A stretch of DNA of 64,000 nt from Nitrospirota bacterium (GTDB lineage Bacteria > Nitrospirota > Nitrospiria > 2-01-FULL-66-17), in NCBI GenBank assembly GCA_049325335.1, contig JBMOMC010000045.1, forward strand, positions 146,032-210,031, written 5' to 3'. This document shows, in pieces, positions 40,340 to 49,379 of the stretch. The notes beneath the pieces were generated by a model that made no database searches, was not told the DNA's origin, and saw only the letters and a list, made by a program, of their open reading frames with translations. The position numbers were made by a program, and so were the translations under genes. The stretch's first letter is position 1; each line of letters opens with the position of its first letter.

Positions 40340-41433
40340 CGTGTCCCTCCTTGTCCCTCTCCGAAGACGATTCGGCTGATCGCCAGCGTCGCCTTGATCG
40401 ATTTGACCTTGGGCACCAACAGCCGGTCCCCCCGCGCGTAGACCAGCGATGCGGCCTCCGACACGCTGGGCACGCCGACCCATTTGCGCACCGTCTCGGA
40501 TGGATTCTCCACCGCCTGAACGTTCGCCAACTCGTCCCTGGTATAGACCTTGAACTCCCAGCGATATGTCTCGCACAGGCGGAGCAAGGCCGGCTCATCC
40601 CGCTTCTGCTCGATCGTCGCCAGGGTCTTCACGCTCGCAATCGCCAGGCCATGCCGCGCCAGCGTCTCTTTGACGAGCCCGTCGACCTCCTCGAAGCTCG
40701 CGCCCCGATCGCACCCCATCCCAAGCACCAGGCTCTTGGGGCGATAGATCACGCACCGTGACGCGACGGGCGGCGGCAGGTCGAGCACGCGGTCACTGAC
40801 GACCAGATACGCGCCGAAGACCGCGCCGCCCACCTCGTCCAGCGAGGCGAAGCGCTTGATCTGCGGCGGCAACGGTGTATCCCTCGTCCACCACGTCGGC
40901 TCGCCGGTCTCCTGAATGAACGCGATCGGCTCTTCATTGACCACCGCGGCGCTCACCCGCGTCACGTTCGCGTCGCCCTCCAGCGTCCAGCCCAGCTCGC
41001 GCCCCAGAATATCCACCGGGATCGTCTTGCCCACGTCCGACGCGGTGGTGATGACCGGCGTCGCGCCGAAGATGCGGGCTACCTGCTCGGTGAACGCGTT
41101 GGCCCCGCCCACGTGCCCCGACAGGACGCTGATGACGAATTGCGCGCGATCGTCCACCACCAGCACGCCTGGATCGACGTGCTTATCCTTCAAATGCGGC
41201 GCGATCAGGCGCACCACCGCTCCCAGCGAGACCAGGAACACGATCTGCTTGTAGCGATGGAAAAAGCGGGCGATTTCCTCCTTGAGGGGCGCCTCCATTG
41301 CGATCACGCCAGGCTCATCAGCCCCGAGAAACTTCTTCGACGCAAGTAATTCGCTGCCGGGTAGCGCTGCGCGGAGCGTCCGGGCCAGCGCCAGGCCGTG
41401 TTTAGTGATGGCAACGATCGCGATGTCGGACAT
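40336..41433 (-). CDS. cbiG: Cobalt-precorrin-5A hydrolase
   Basis: KDKHVDPGV, LSGHVGGAN, PVITTASD, LGMGCDRG, SVSEAAS. Confidence 0.95.
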   Translation of the reverse strand: MSDIAIVAITKHGLALARTLRAALPGSELLASKKFLGADEPGVIAMEAPLKEEIARFFHRYKQIVFLVSLGAVVRLIAPHLKDKHVDPGVLVVDDRAQFVISVLSGHVGGANAFTEQVARIFGATPVITTASDVGKTIPVDILGRELGWTLEGDANVTRVSAAVVNEEPIAFIQETGEPTWWTRDTPLPPQIKRFASLDEVGGAVFGAYLVVSDRVLDLPPPVASRCVIYRPKSLVLGMGCDRGASFEEVDGLVKETLARHGLAIASVKTLATIEQKRDEPALLRLCETYRWEFKVYTRDELANVQAVENPSETVRKWVGVPSVSEAASLVYARGDRLLVPKVKSIKATLAISRIVFGEGQGGTR

Positions 41434-41465
41434 GCATCCTCCTCTGTCAAGAAGAACAAGGAAAA

Positions 41466-41520
41466 CGTTCTTTGTTGTTTGTTGTTCGGACGAGCAACCG
41501 ACAACCAACAACAACTAACG
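41466..41520. repeat. Head-to-head heptamer (NGTTGTT-like) repeat hairpin in the cbiL-cbiG spacer
   Basis: CGTTCTT-TGTTGTT-TGTTGTT-CG followed by inverted units CGAGCAACCGACAACCAACAACAACTAACG. Confidence 0.7.
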
Positions 41521-41525
41521 CCTTT

Positions 41526-42263
41526 CTATGGCTTTTTCACGATCACCAGCGACAAATAGTTGAGCCGCTCGCCCTCGAGTTGCCGGAGGTCGGTCACGAT
41601 CCGTTCATCCGGCGCGCCGCAGCGCTCGACGAAGACCGCCTGATCCAGCAGCCCCAGCTTCTCCAGCAGGGTCATCACCTTGGGCATCACACTGTTCACC
41701 TTGAGCAGGACCACGGTGTCGAAGTCCTCCAGCGCGCGCAGCAGAAACCCGTCGTCGTAGGTGGCGGGCAGCACCGCCAGCCGCTCGTCCGCCATCGCCA
41801 GCGGCATGCCGGTCCGCGCGGCCGCCGCCATCGGCGACGCCACCGCCGGGATCACCTCGATCGTCACCCGGGGATACCGTCGGCGCATGATCCGGTCCAT
41901 GTAGACGAACGTGCTGTAGAAGAATGGGTCGCCTTCGGTGATGAACGCCACGTCGCGCCCCGCGAGGAGGTCCCCGGCCATCGTCGCCGCCGACTCCTCC
42001 CAGATCGGCCGGAGGTGCTCCATGTCCTTCTCCATGGGAAAAAGCAGGCCGGTGAGCGACTGATCGGGCCGCACATGCCGTTCGATGATCTTCGACGCAT
42101 AACTCTTCGCACCCGGCGCACAGGCCGGATAATAGATCGCGGGCACGGATTGCAGGACGCGGAGGGCCTTGAGCGTGATCAGCTCGGGATCCCCCGGACC
42201 CACGCCCACGCCGTAGAAGGTTCCCGGCTGCGCCGTCATCGAAGTTTCCGTTGTCTGTGTCAC
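41526..42263 (-). CDS. cbiL: Cobalt-precorrin-2 C20-methyltransferase
   Basis: GVGVGPGDPELITLKA, FPM, TEGDPFFYSTF, VLLKV, YLSL. Confidence 0.95.
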   Translation of the reverse strand: MTQTTETSMTAQPGTFYGVGVGPGDPELITLKALRVLQSVPAIYYPACAPGAKSYASKIIERHVRPDQSLTGLLFPMEKDMEHLRPIWEESAATMAGDLLAGRDVAFITEGDPFFYSTFVYMDRIMRRRYPRVTIEVIPAVASPMAAAARTGMPLAMADERLAVLPATYDDGFLLRALEDFDTVVLLKVNSVMPKVMTLLEKLGLLDQAVFVERCGAPDERIVTDLRQLEGERLNYLSLVIVKKP

Positions 42264-42898
42264 CCCTTCACCCCCTCCCCGGTTCGCCCACTTGGTTTTC
42301 GGGCCGTCACGATCGTCACGGGATTCAGCGCGTCATAGCGGGTGAGATTGAGAATCGGCTTCGACCGCGAAATCTGGGCCAGGGTGTAATCGACCGGCCA
42401 GTCCAGGCGTTGCCAATACCCCACCGTCTCGGCGAGGTTGTCGAGCGTCACGAGGTTGATGACCACCCGGCCGCCGGGACGCAGGCGGCGGGTCACCACG
42501 TCCAGTAATTCAGCCATTGCGCCCCCGCTGCCGCCGATGAAGACGGCATCAGGATCGGGCCACGCCTCCAGTCCCGCCGGCGCTCTTCCGCAGACGCCGG
42601 TGAGATTCGTCACCCCGAAGCGCTCGCAATTGGTCTGTACGAGCGCGAAGTCGTCGGCATTCTTCTCGATCGCGAAGACCCGCCCCTGCGGGCAGAGCCG
42701 CGCCGCTTCGATCCCCACCGAGCCGGAGCCCGCCCCGATGTCCCATACCACGCTGTCGGGCGCGAGTTCGAGGCGAGCCAGGCTCAGCACGCGGATCTCG
42801 CGTTTGGTGATCAGGCCCTTTTCCGGCGCCCGGTAGATGAAGGCATCGTCGGGCAGGCCGAACTGAGTCATGGGGTACGTCTGTGCAAGCGTTGTCAT
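42260..42898 (-). CDS. cbiT: Cobalt-precorrin-6B C15-methyltransferase (decarboxylating)
   Basis: ITKREIR, WDIGAGSGSVGIE, PDAVFIGGSGG, LNPV. Confidence 0.95.
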   Translation of the reverse strand: MTTLAQTYPMTQFGLPDDAFIYRAPEKGLITKREIRVLSLARLELAPDSVVWDIGAGSGSVGIEAARLCPQGRVFAIEKNADDFALVQTNCERFGVTNLTGVCGRAPAGLEAWPDPDAVFIGGSGGAMAELLDVVTRRLRPGGRVVINLVTLDNLAETVGYWQRLDWPVDYTLAQISRSKPILNLTRYDALNPVTIVTARKPSGRTGEGVKG

Positions 42899-43524
42899 GC
42901 GATCCTCCGTAAAATAATCACGTTGAGCGGAGCGAACGGCTCATCAGCCATTCGTTCGAGCGACCCCGTCCACACCCGCTCGTCCGCGCCGTCGAGATTC
43001 TCACAGACCGAAGCCGAGTACCCGCCGCCCATGCCGATGACATACCGCGCGATCGCGGCGGGCGTGTTGGTCTCGTCGGTGAAGATTCCGATCGGCGTGA
43101 CGCCGCGCTCGATCGGGGACTTTAAATCCTCGATCGGCTTTGCGTGCAGGCTCACCAGTGCCGCCTCGTGCCAGGGCTGGCCCAGGCGGGCGAACGCCAC
43201 CTGCATCGCGCTGACGTGGGGATGGACGATCACCCGCTCCGCGCCCAGCTTGCCGACGAGGTATCCGCCGAGGCCGTAAAACAGCGGATCGCCCGAAGCG
43301 AGGACGACGACCCTGCGGCCGTCCACCGACGCGCCGTCGATCCGCGCGGCGACCTCCTTGAGATTGGAGCCGACCTCGATCCGCTCGGTCCCCGCGTCCC
43401 GAAAAAACGCCAGGTGCCGACGCCCGCCGACGAGGACGTCGGCCGATTCAATGATCGCGATCCGCTTGGCGGGCAGGCCGTGGGCTCCGTCATTCCCGAT
43501 ACCGATGACGTGAATGGACGTCAT
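42895..43524 (-). CDS. cbiE: Cobalt-precorrin-7 C5-methyltransferase
   Basis: VIGIG, VGGRRHL, LASGDPLFYG, SAMQVAFARLG, SLH, CENL. Confidence 0.95.
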   Translation of the reverse strand: MTSIHVIGIGNDGAHGLPAKRIAIIESADVLVGGRRHLAFFRDAGTERIEVGSNLKEVAARIDGASVDGRRVVVLASGDPLFYGLGGYLVGKLGAERVIVHPHVSAMQVAFARLGQPWHEAALVSLHAKPIEDLKSPIERGVTPIGIFTDETNTPAAIARYVIGMGGGYSASVCENLDGADERVWTGSLERMADEPFAPLNVIILRRIA

Positions 43525-44612
43525 GGGCTCGCCGCCCGCCCGATCAACCGGCCCTCGAAGTCGGTCAGCAGGCACTCGATCCCGAGCGCGCCCTTCGCGT
43601 GGCGCGACGCGGCGGCGCAGACGTGCTCGGCAAGGCGGTCGAAGAAGCCCTCGATCCCGTGCTCGACGGCAAGCTCGGCCACGTGCCGCGCGGTGTTGGC
43701 GGACCGGATCGCCTCCACCGCCGTCTCGCCCGCTCCGCATTCCGCGGCCAGTTCAGCGAGGAACGCGGTGTCCACGTCCGATCCCGCCGCGTGGGTCTGC
43801 ATCGTCCCCTTGGCCATTTTCGAGAGCTTGCCGATCATGCCCGAGATCGTGACGCGCTCCACGTGCCGTTTGACCGCCGCCTGCAAGGCATATCCCACGA
43901 AATCCCCCATTTGGATGAACGCCGCCTCCGGGGCGTTCACCAGCTTCCGCGCGAAGCGCTCGCTCATGCCGCCGGTGGTGAACACGAGATGACGATGACC
44001 GTTGGCCGCGGCCATCGTCACCGCCACGCTGATCCCGGCCCGGAACGCCGCCGTGGAATACGGGGTCACGACTCCGGTGGTGCCGAGGATCGCCACCCCG
44101 CCCACCACGCCCAGACGGAGTAATTCCGTTTTCTTCGCCAATTCCTCGCCGCCCGGCACTGACAGTACCACCCGAATGCCGCGGGCCCGCAACATGTCAC
44201 CCGCCGCGTCCGTGACGGCCTGCGTGATCATCCTGCGCGGGCCGCGCGTGATGTCCGGCGCCCCCACCTCGAGGCCCAATCCGGGCTTGGTCACGACGCC
44301 CACACCCTCCCCGGCCTCCAACCGCACCGCGCCCGGCTCATCGAGCCACGACACCGTCGCGCGGATCAGGGCTCGGTTGGTCACGTCGGGATCGTCGCCG
44401 GCGTCCTTGACGATCCCGCAGGTCACGCGATCCCTGTCCGCCGCGCACTCGGCCAGCGTAAACGTCACCGTCTCACCGATCGGCAAGGTCAGCGCCACAG
44501 CGTCCGGGGCGGACCCACCGGACAGGACGGCGGTCGCGGCCTTGGCCGCCGCCGCGGCGCATGCGCCGGTGGTATAGCCTTTGCGCATCCCCTTGCGGTC
44601 CGGTTCGGGCAC
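43521..44612 (-). CDS. cbiD: Cobalt-precorrin-5B C1-methyltransferase
   Basis: GYTTGACAAAAAKAA, KDAGDDPDVT, ILGTTG, GKLSKMA...TH. Confidence 0.96.
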   Translation of the reverse strand: MPEPDRKGMRKGYTTGACAAAAAKAATAVLSGGSAPDAVALTLPIGETVTFTLAECAADRDRVTCGIVKDAGDDPDVTNRALIRATVSWLDEPGAVRLEAGEGVGVVTKPGLGLEVGAPDITRGPRRMITQAVTDAAGDMLRARGIRVVLSVPGGEELAKKTELLRLGVVGGVAILGTTGVVTPYSTAAFRAGISVAVTMAAANGHRHLVFTTGGMSERFARKLVNAPEAAFIQMGDFVGYALQAAVKRHVERVTISGMIGKLSKMAKGTMQTHAAGSDVDTAFLAELAAECGAGETAVEAIRSANTARHVAELAVEHGIEGFFDRLAEHVCAAASRHAKGALGIECLLTDFEGRLIGRAASP

Positions 44613-44618
44613 GACGGG

Positions 44619-45038
44619 TCATCGGCGGCAAACCAGACCGAGCAGAACGCCCAGTCCGGCGGCCATCGCGGCTCCGCGCAGCAACTCGGACCCGACGAGG
44701 TGATAGCGATCCGGCTGCGCCACGCCAAGGAGGGCTCCCCCAATAACGAACGCCCCCCAGACAGCGCACGTCACGCCTAGCGACCACGCCATGCGGTGGC
44801 CCCGATCGGCGGGCTCCACGAGCGCCAGGATCAGCACCACGGTGAGCCCCATGAGCGCCCCGCCGACGGTGAACGCCACCACGTTGGCCGCCAGGCCTCC
44901 TTCCAGTACGGGCCATCCGCTCGCCAAGACGATGCCCAGATTCGCAAATCCCCACAACGCGCCGATGCCCACGGCGGCGCCGAGCGCCGGAACCGAGAGC
45001 GACGGCCGGACCTGCTCCGCCACGCCGCGCGCGTCCAT
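44619..45038 (-). CDS. Uncharacterised ~4-TM membrane protein (139 aa), coupled to the cbtB-like gene
   Basis: TGATG overlap with the upstream stop; four Gly/Ala-rich hydrophobic segments. Confidence 0.7.
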   Translation of the reverse strand: MDARGVAEQVRPSLSVPALGAAVGIGALWGFANLGIVLASGWPVLEGGLAANVVAFTVGGALMGLTVVLILALVEPADRGHRMAWSLGVTCAVWGAFVIGGALLGVAQPDRYHLVGSELLRGAAMAAGLGVLLGLVCRR

Positions 45039-45220
45039 CAGTGACACGCCATGCCGAGGCTGTGCCGGTAGCTGTGCAGCCCGTCGTGCGCCCACGCCCC
45101 CGCAAACGACGGCCCGAACATGACCACCGCCTGCATCAACAACACGACCCCCAGCGCCGCGATCACGCTCATCGGCGCGCGCTTGGTCCCCGAAACCACC
45201 TGTGCCATCACCTGTTCCAT
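45038..45220 (-). CDS. cbtB: CbtB-like cobalt transporter subunit
   Basis: 60 aa, one TM helix and the C-terminal HDGLHSYRHSLGMACH, matching the CbtB H..HD.RH..G.PCH pattern; AGGAG RBS. Confidence 0.8.
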   Translation of the reverse strand: MEQVMAQVVSGTKRAPMSVIAALGVVLLMQAVVMFGPSFAGAWAHDGLHSYRHSLGMACH

Positions 45221-45233
45221 TTCTTCTCTCCTC

Positions 45234-45875
45234 CTATAAGCTATGAGCTTGCCCGGCGATCTTCAGCAGGGCATTCACCGCCGCCACCGCCGCCGGCGTC
45301 CCGCCCTTGCGCCCCAACGCGGTGATGAACGGCCAATCGAGGCCCGCGAGCGCTTCTTTCGATTCGGCCGCCGAGACGAAACCCACCGGCACGCCGACCA
45401 CGAGATCCGGCCGGGCCTCGCCGGACTGGATGAGCCGGATCAATTCGAAGAGCGCGGTGGGGGCGTTGCCGATCGCGTAGATCCCGCCTTGGACTTCCCG
45501 CGCCGCCTTGCGCATCGACATGATCGCCCGCGTCATGCCCGCCGCCTTGGCCTCGGCCATCACGTCCGGGTCGGAAATGAAGCATCGCACGCCCCCGCCG
45601 AACCGCGCCAGACCGGCCTTGCTGATTCCCGCCTGCACCATCTCCACGTCGGCCACCACGTCCGCGCCGCGCCGCAGCGCCTCGATCCCCGCCGCGACCG
45701 CCCGAGGGTGAAAGCGCAGCTGCCGCGCGAACTCGAAATCGGCCGAGGCGTGAATGACCCGCCGCGCGACCTGAAATTCCCCGGGGCCGAACTCGTGCGG
45801 CCCCAGTTCGTCCTCAATGATCCGAAAGCTCTCCGCCTCGATTCGATCCGGATCAACAATGGTGGGATACCTCAT
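45234..45875 (-). CDS. cbiC: Cobalt-precorrin-8 methylmutase
   Basis: IEAESFRII, RVIHASADF, IGNAPTALF, PVGFVSAAESK, GRKGGT. Confidence 0.96.
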   Translation of the reverse strand: MRYPTIVDPDRIEAESFRIIEDELGPHEFGPGEFQVARRVIHASADFEFARQLRFHPRAVAAGIEALRRGADVVADVEMVQAGISKAGLARFGGGVRCFISDPDVMAEAKAAGMTRAIMSMRKAAREVQGGIYAIGNAPTALFELIRLIQSGEARPDLVVGVPVGFVSAAESKEALAGLDWPFITALGRKGGTPAAVAAVNALLKIAGQAHSL

Positions 45876-45876
45876 C

Positions 45877-46248
45877 TCACTCCTCCGCCTGGAGGCCGCA
45901 CACCAACTCGGCAACCCTGTGAAACACATACTCCTCTACGGGCCGCCCCCCGATCAGATGCTCGTCCACGATGCGGTTGAGCGCCTCCGGCGTGACGCGG
46001 CAATACCAGACCCCGTCGGGATAGACGACCAGAATCGGGCCCTCCTTGCAGATCGCGAAGCACTGGCACTTGGTCCGCTTGACCCGCCCGGCTCCCTCGT
46101 CGAGACCGGCGGCGGCTAGCCGGTCCCGCAGCGCGTCGAACAACTGCTCGGACCGGCCGGTCTCCGCGCACCGGCCCTTCACGCACAGCAGGACGTGGCG
46201 CGCGAAGGGTTTGAGCGCGGGCTTGGGAAACGTGGAGTTAATGTCCAT
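45877..46248 (-). CDS. Thioredoxin-like [2Fe-2S] ferredoxin (CbiW-like)
   Basis: HVLLCVKGRC...TKCQCFAICKEGPILVVYPDGVWY. Confidence 0.88.
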   Translation of the reverse strand: MDINSTFPKPALKPFARHVLLCVKGRCAETGRSEQLFDALRDRLAAAGLDEGAGRVKRTKCQCFAICKEGPILVVYPDGVWYCRVTPEALNRIVDEHLIGGRPVEEYVFHRVAELVCGLQAEE

Positions 46249-47086
46249 GCCCGTGCGCCTCCTCCGCACCGAAGACCAGATCGGGATCCCGGTACTTGCA
46301 CGTATCGCAGGACATGAGAATCGGTCCCTCGAGCGTCTCCCGCACGCGCTGCTCCACCACGTCCAGAAACGCGGGATGCCGGCCCAGATAGTCCCCCGCC
46401 ACGATCTCCACCTCCGGCGCGGACACGGCCGCCTCGGCCACGAGCCGGTTGATGCGCTTGATCAGGACCCCGGTGAAGATGAAGTAGGGAATCGCGATCA
46501 CGCGGCGCGCGCCGAGGCGCAGGCATCGGTCAAGCCCGGTGGGCAGATCGGGCTCGGTGACGCCGATGAAGCAGGTCTCCACCCAGCCATAGCGCGTGTG
46601 CTCCCAGTAGAGACGCGCGATCTTCAGCAGATCGCCGTTGGCGTCGGGGTCCGAACTGCCCCGGCCCACGAGCAGGATCGCGGTCTCGCGCCGGTCACGG
46701 GGCGGCAGGCCCTGCTCGACCGCCCGCACGCGTTCATCCACCACGTCCAGCAGCACGGGGTGGATGCCGAGCGGTGGTCCATAGTGAAATCGCACGGCGG
46801 GATGGCGCTCGCGCGCCCGAATCATCTCGCGCGGCACGTCGGTCTTGGCGTGGCCCGCGGCGAAAAAGAGCAGGGGCAGCACGATTACGTCCTCGTGGCC
46901 GTCGCGGACGCAACGGTCCAGTTCGTCGGCGATTGACGGCTCCGCCAGCTCCACGAACGCCGAATACACGGCGCGCTCAGGCCGGCGGCGCTTCAGGCGC
47001 TCGGCCATCGCCAGAAATTCCTCGTTGCCCTCGGCGTCACGGCTCCCGTGCCCCACAAGGAACAGAGCCGGATTGATGTTCATCAT
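46238..47086 (-). CDS. cbiX: Sirohydrochlorin cobaltochelatase, long form
   Basis: VGHGSRD, AAGHAKTD, VGRGSSDPDAN, C-terminal MSCDTCKYR and His-rich tail. Confidence 0.93.
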   Translation of the reverse strand: MMNINPALFLVGHGSRDAEGNEEFLAMAERLKRRRPERAVYSAFVELAEPSIADELDRCVRDGHEDVIVLPLLFFAAGHAKTDVPREMIRARERHPAVRFHYGPPLGIHPVLLDVVDERVRAVEQGLPPRDRRETAILLVGRGSSDPDANGDLLKIARLYWEHTRYGWVETCFIGVTEPDLPTGLDRCLRLGARRVIAIPYFIFTGVLIKRINRLVAEAAVSAPEVEIVAGDYLGRHPAFLDVVEQRVRETLEGPILMSCDTCKYRDPDLVFGAEEAHGHGH

Positions 47087-47799
47087 ATAGTTTCTCCCGG
47101 TCGATGGTTGTCGCTGACATCCGCCGCCGTGTCGGGCGGGCGCCGCCCCCAGCGGTCGTAATACAGCACCGATTCCAGCGGCAGGCGGCTCTCCCAACCC
47201 GATGTCTCCAGCGTGGGCGCGTCGGGAAACCGGGTCACGTATCCCATACAGAGATACGCGACCAGGACGACGCCGTCGGGAATCTCCAAGTCCTTCGACA
47301 CGGTTTCAGGGTCGAGAATGCTCACCCAGCCCACGCCGATGCCCTCGGCGCGGGCGGCGAGCCAGAGGTTCTGAACGGCGCACACGGTGGAGTACAGATC
47401 CGTATCCGGGATGCTGTGGCGGCCCAGCACGTGCGGGCCCCGGCGCGAGCGGTCGCAGGTCACGGCCAGATTGACCGGCGCCTCCTCGATCGCTTCCAGC
47501 GTCAGGCGCTGATAAAGCAGGCGCCGCTCGCCCTCGTACACCGCCGCCGCGGCGTCGTTGGCCGACAGGAAGCGGGTCTTGACCCGGCGCTTGACCTCAG
47601 GGTCGCGGATCACCACGAAATTCCACGGCTGCATCAACCCCACCGAGCCGGCCTGGTGCGCGGCGCGCAGCACCCGGCGCATCAGCTTGTCCGGAATCGG
47701 CCGCGGGAGGAACTTGCGCATGTCGCGGCGCCGGTAGATCGCCTCGTAGACGCCCCGCCGCCAGAGCGGGGGGAAGGTATTCGATTTCAATTCCGCCAT
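47083..47799 (-). CDS. bluB: 5,6-dimethylbenzimidazole synthase
   Basis: RRDMRKF, AHQAGSVGLMQPW, VLGRH, YSTVCAVQNLWLAARAEGIGVGWVS. Confidence 0.9.
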   Translation of the reverse strand: MAELKSNTFPPLWRRGVYEAIYRRRDMRKFLPRPIPDKLMRRVLRAAHQAGSVGLMQPWNFVVIRDPEVKRRVKTRFLSANDAAAAVYEGERRLLYQRLTLEAIEEAPVNLAVTCDRSRRGPHVLGRHSIPDTDLYSTVCAVQNLWLAARAEGIGVGWVSILDPETVSKDLEIPDGVVLVAYLCMGYVTRFPDAPTLETSGWESRLPLESVLYYDRWGRRPPDTAADVSDNHRPGETI

Positions 47800-47810
47800 C
47801 ACATCTCCCC

Positions 47811-47839
47811 GTAAGGGCGGGTTTAAGGCCCGCCCCTAC
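47811..47839. repeat. GTAG-family REP palindrome
   Basis: Minus strand GTAGGGGCGGGCCTTAAACCCGCCCTTAC. Confidence 0.75.
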
Positions 47840-47841
47840 AA

Positions 47842-48414
47842 CTACCGGTCAATCCCGACTTGCGCGGGAATCCCTTGTGAGAATGGGTGCCTGACGCAGC
47901 GCATCTCAGTCACGAGGTCGGCCCGATCGAGGATCTCGGGGGGGGCTCCCCGTCCGGTCAACACGAGGTGCAGCGACACCGGCCGCGCGTCCAGCAGCGC
48001 GACGACGTCTTCGACCGGCAGCAGCTTCTTCTTGAGCGCCACGTTGAGCTCGTCCAGGATCACGACCTGATAGCTTCCGCCGGTCACGGCCTCCCGAGCC
48101 CGGGAAAACCCCTCGCGTGCCGCCGCGACGTGATCCTCAAACGTGGGCACCACGTCGCGGCGCCAGGTGAATCCCTTGCCCACCCGTTCCACCGTAATCA
48201 ACGGGAGGGCCTTGGTAATCATCTCAACTTCCCCTGTTTCCATCTCGCCCTTGATGAACTGGATGACATGGACGCGGAACCCGCGTCCCGCCGCACGCAG
48301 AGCCAGACCGAACGCCGCCGTGGTTTTCCCCTTGCCGTCGCCGGTGTAGACGAGGACGAGGCCCGTTGGTGAAGACGACGGGGAGACAGGGCGAGGGGGA
48401 GAATGCTGGTTCAT
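47842..48414 (-). CDS. cobO: Cob(I)yrinate a,c-diamide adenosyltransferase (CobO/BtuR)
   Basis: YTGDGKGKTTAAFGLALRAAG, QFIKG, ILDE, LTGR, ADLVTEM...HPF. Confidence 0.95.
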   Translation of the reverse strand: MNQHSPPRPVSPSSSPTGLVLVYTGDGKGKTTAAFGLALRAAGRGFRVHVIQFIKGEMETGEVEMITKALPLITVERVGKGFTWRRDVVPTFEDHVAAAREGFSRAREAVTGGSYQVVILDELNVALKKKLLPVEDVVALLDARPVSLHLVLTGRGAPPEILDRADLVTEMRCVRHPFSQGIPAQVGIDR

Positions 48415-49379
48415 CTCGTCAGCCACAGCCTGACCAGCCCTCCGACCACTAGCACCAGCGCGCTTGTCACGGCCATCACGCGGCAGGCCCACGCGATGTC
48501 GCCGCGCTCGACGGGACGCGTCGCGGTCCCGATCGTCGGCGACGCGTAGTACGTTCCCCGGTACCAGTGCGGCCCACCCAGCTCGATACCCAGCACCCCC
48601 GCCATCGCCGCCTCGGTGAGTCCCGAATTGGGGCTGTCGTGCTTGCGCCCGTCCCGCCACGCCGCGGCCCAGCCGCCGCGGGCCGACCCGCCGATGAGAC
48701 CGCCGGCGAGGGGCATGAGCAGCGCCGTCAGCCGCGCCGGAATCAGGTTAGCCAGATCGTCCAGCCGCGCCGACGCCCACCCAATCCGCGTATACGGCTC
48801 GATCCGGTAGCCCACCATCGAGTCCAGCGTGTTGATCGCGCGGTACGCCATCGCAAGCGGGCCGCCGCCGAGCAGCGCGAAGCAGAGCGGCGCGGTCACG
48901 CCGTCCACCGTGTTCTCGGCCACGCTCTCAATCGTCGCCCGCGTCACGCCCTTCTCGTCCAAGGGCTCCACGTCGCGCCCCACCATCATCGCCACCCCCC
49001 GCTTCGCCTCCTCCAGGTCGCCACGTCCCAACGCGCCAGACACCCGCGCGGCGTGTTGCCACAAATCCCGCGGCGCGAGCGACCAGTAAATGGCCAGAAC
49101 GTCCGCCGCTCGAGCCGCCCACTCATGAACCAGCCCCGCCAGGTGGATCGCGCCCCACGTCGCCGCGAACGTCCCGCCGACTACCCCGAGCGCCAACGCC
49201 ACACCGGCGGTTCGTTCGCGCAACGGATATCGCACGCGCAGGGCGACTTCCGACCGCGCGATAAGCCGGCCCAGGCCGCGGACGGGATGCGGCAATCCGC
49301 GGGGATCGCCGATCGCCGCGTCGAGAATCAGCGCGCCCAGGACAAGTAGGACGATCTCCATGTTCTCCGGAATCGTCAA
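48411..49379 (-). CDS. cbiB: Adenosylcobinamide-phosphate synthase
   Basis: GDP..LPHPV, VGRD, ESVAENTVDG, NTLDSMVGY, SPNSG; TTG start inferred from stop overlap (ATG at 49361 is an alternative). Confidence 0.95.
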   Translation of the reverse strand: MTIPENMEIVLLVLGALILDAAIGDPRGLPHPVRGLGRLIARSEVALRVRYPLRERTAGVALALGVVGGTFAATWGAIHLAGLVHEWAARAADVLAIYWSLAPRDLWQHAARVSGALGRGDLEEAKRGVAMMVGRDVEPLDEKGVTRATIESVAENTVDGVTAPLCFALLGGGPLAMAYRAINTLDSMVGYRIEPYTRIGWASARLDDLANLIPARLTALLMPLAGGLIGGSARGGWAAAWRDGRKHDSPNSGLTEAAMAGVLGIELGGPHWYRGTYYASPTIGTATRPVERGDIAWACRVMAVTSALVLVVGGLVRLWLTR

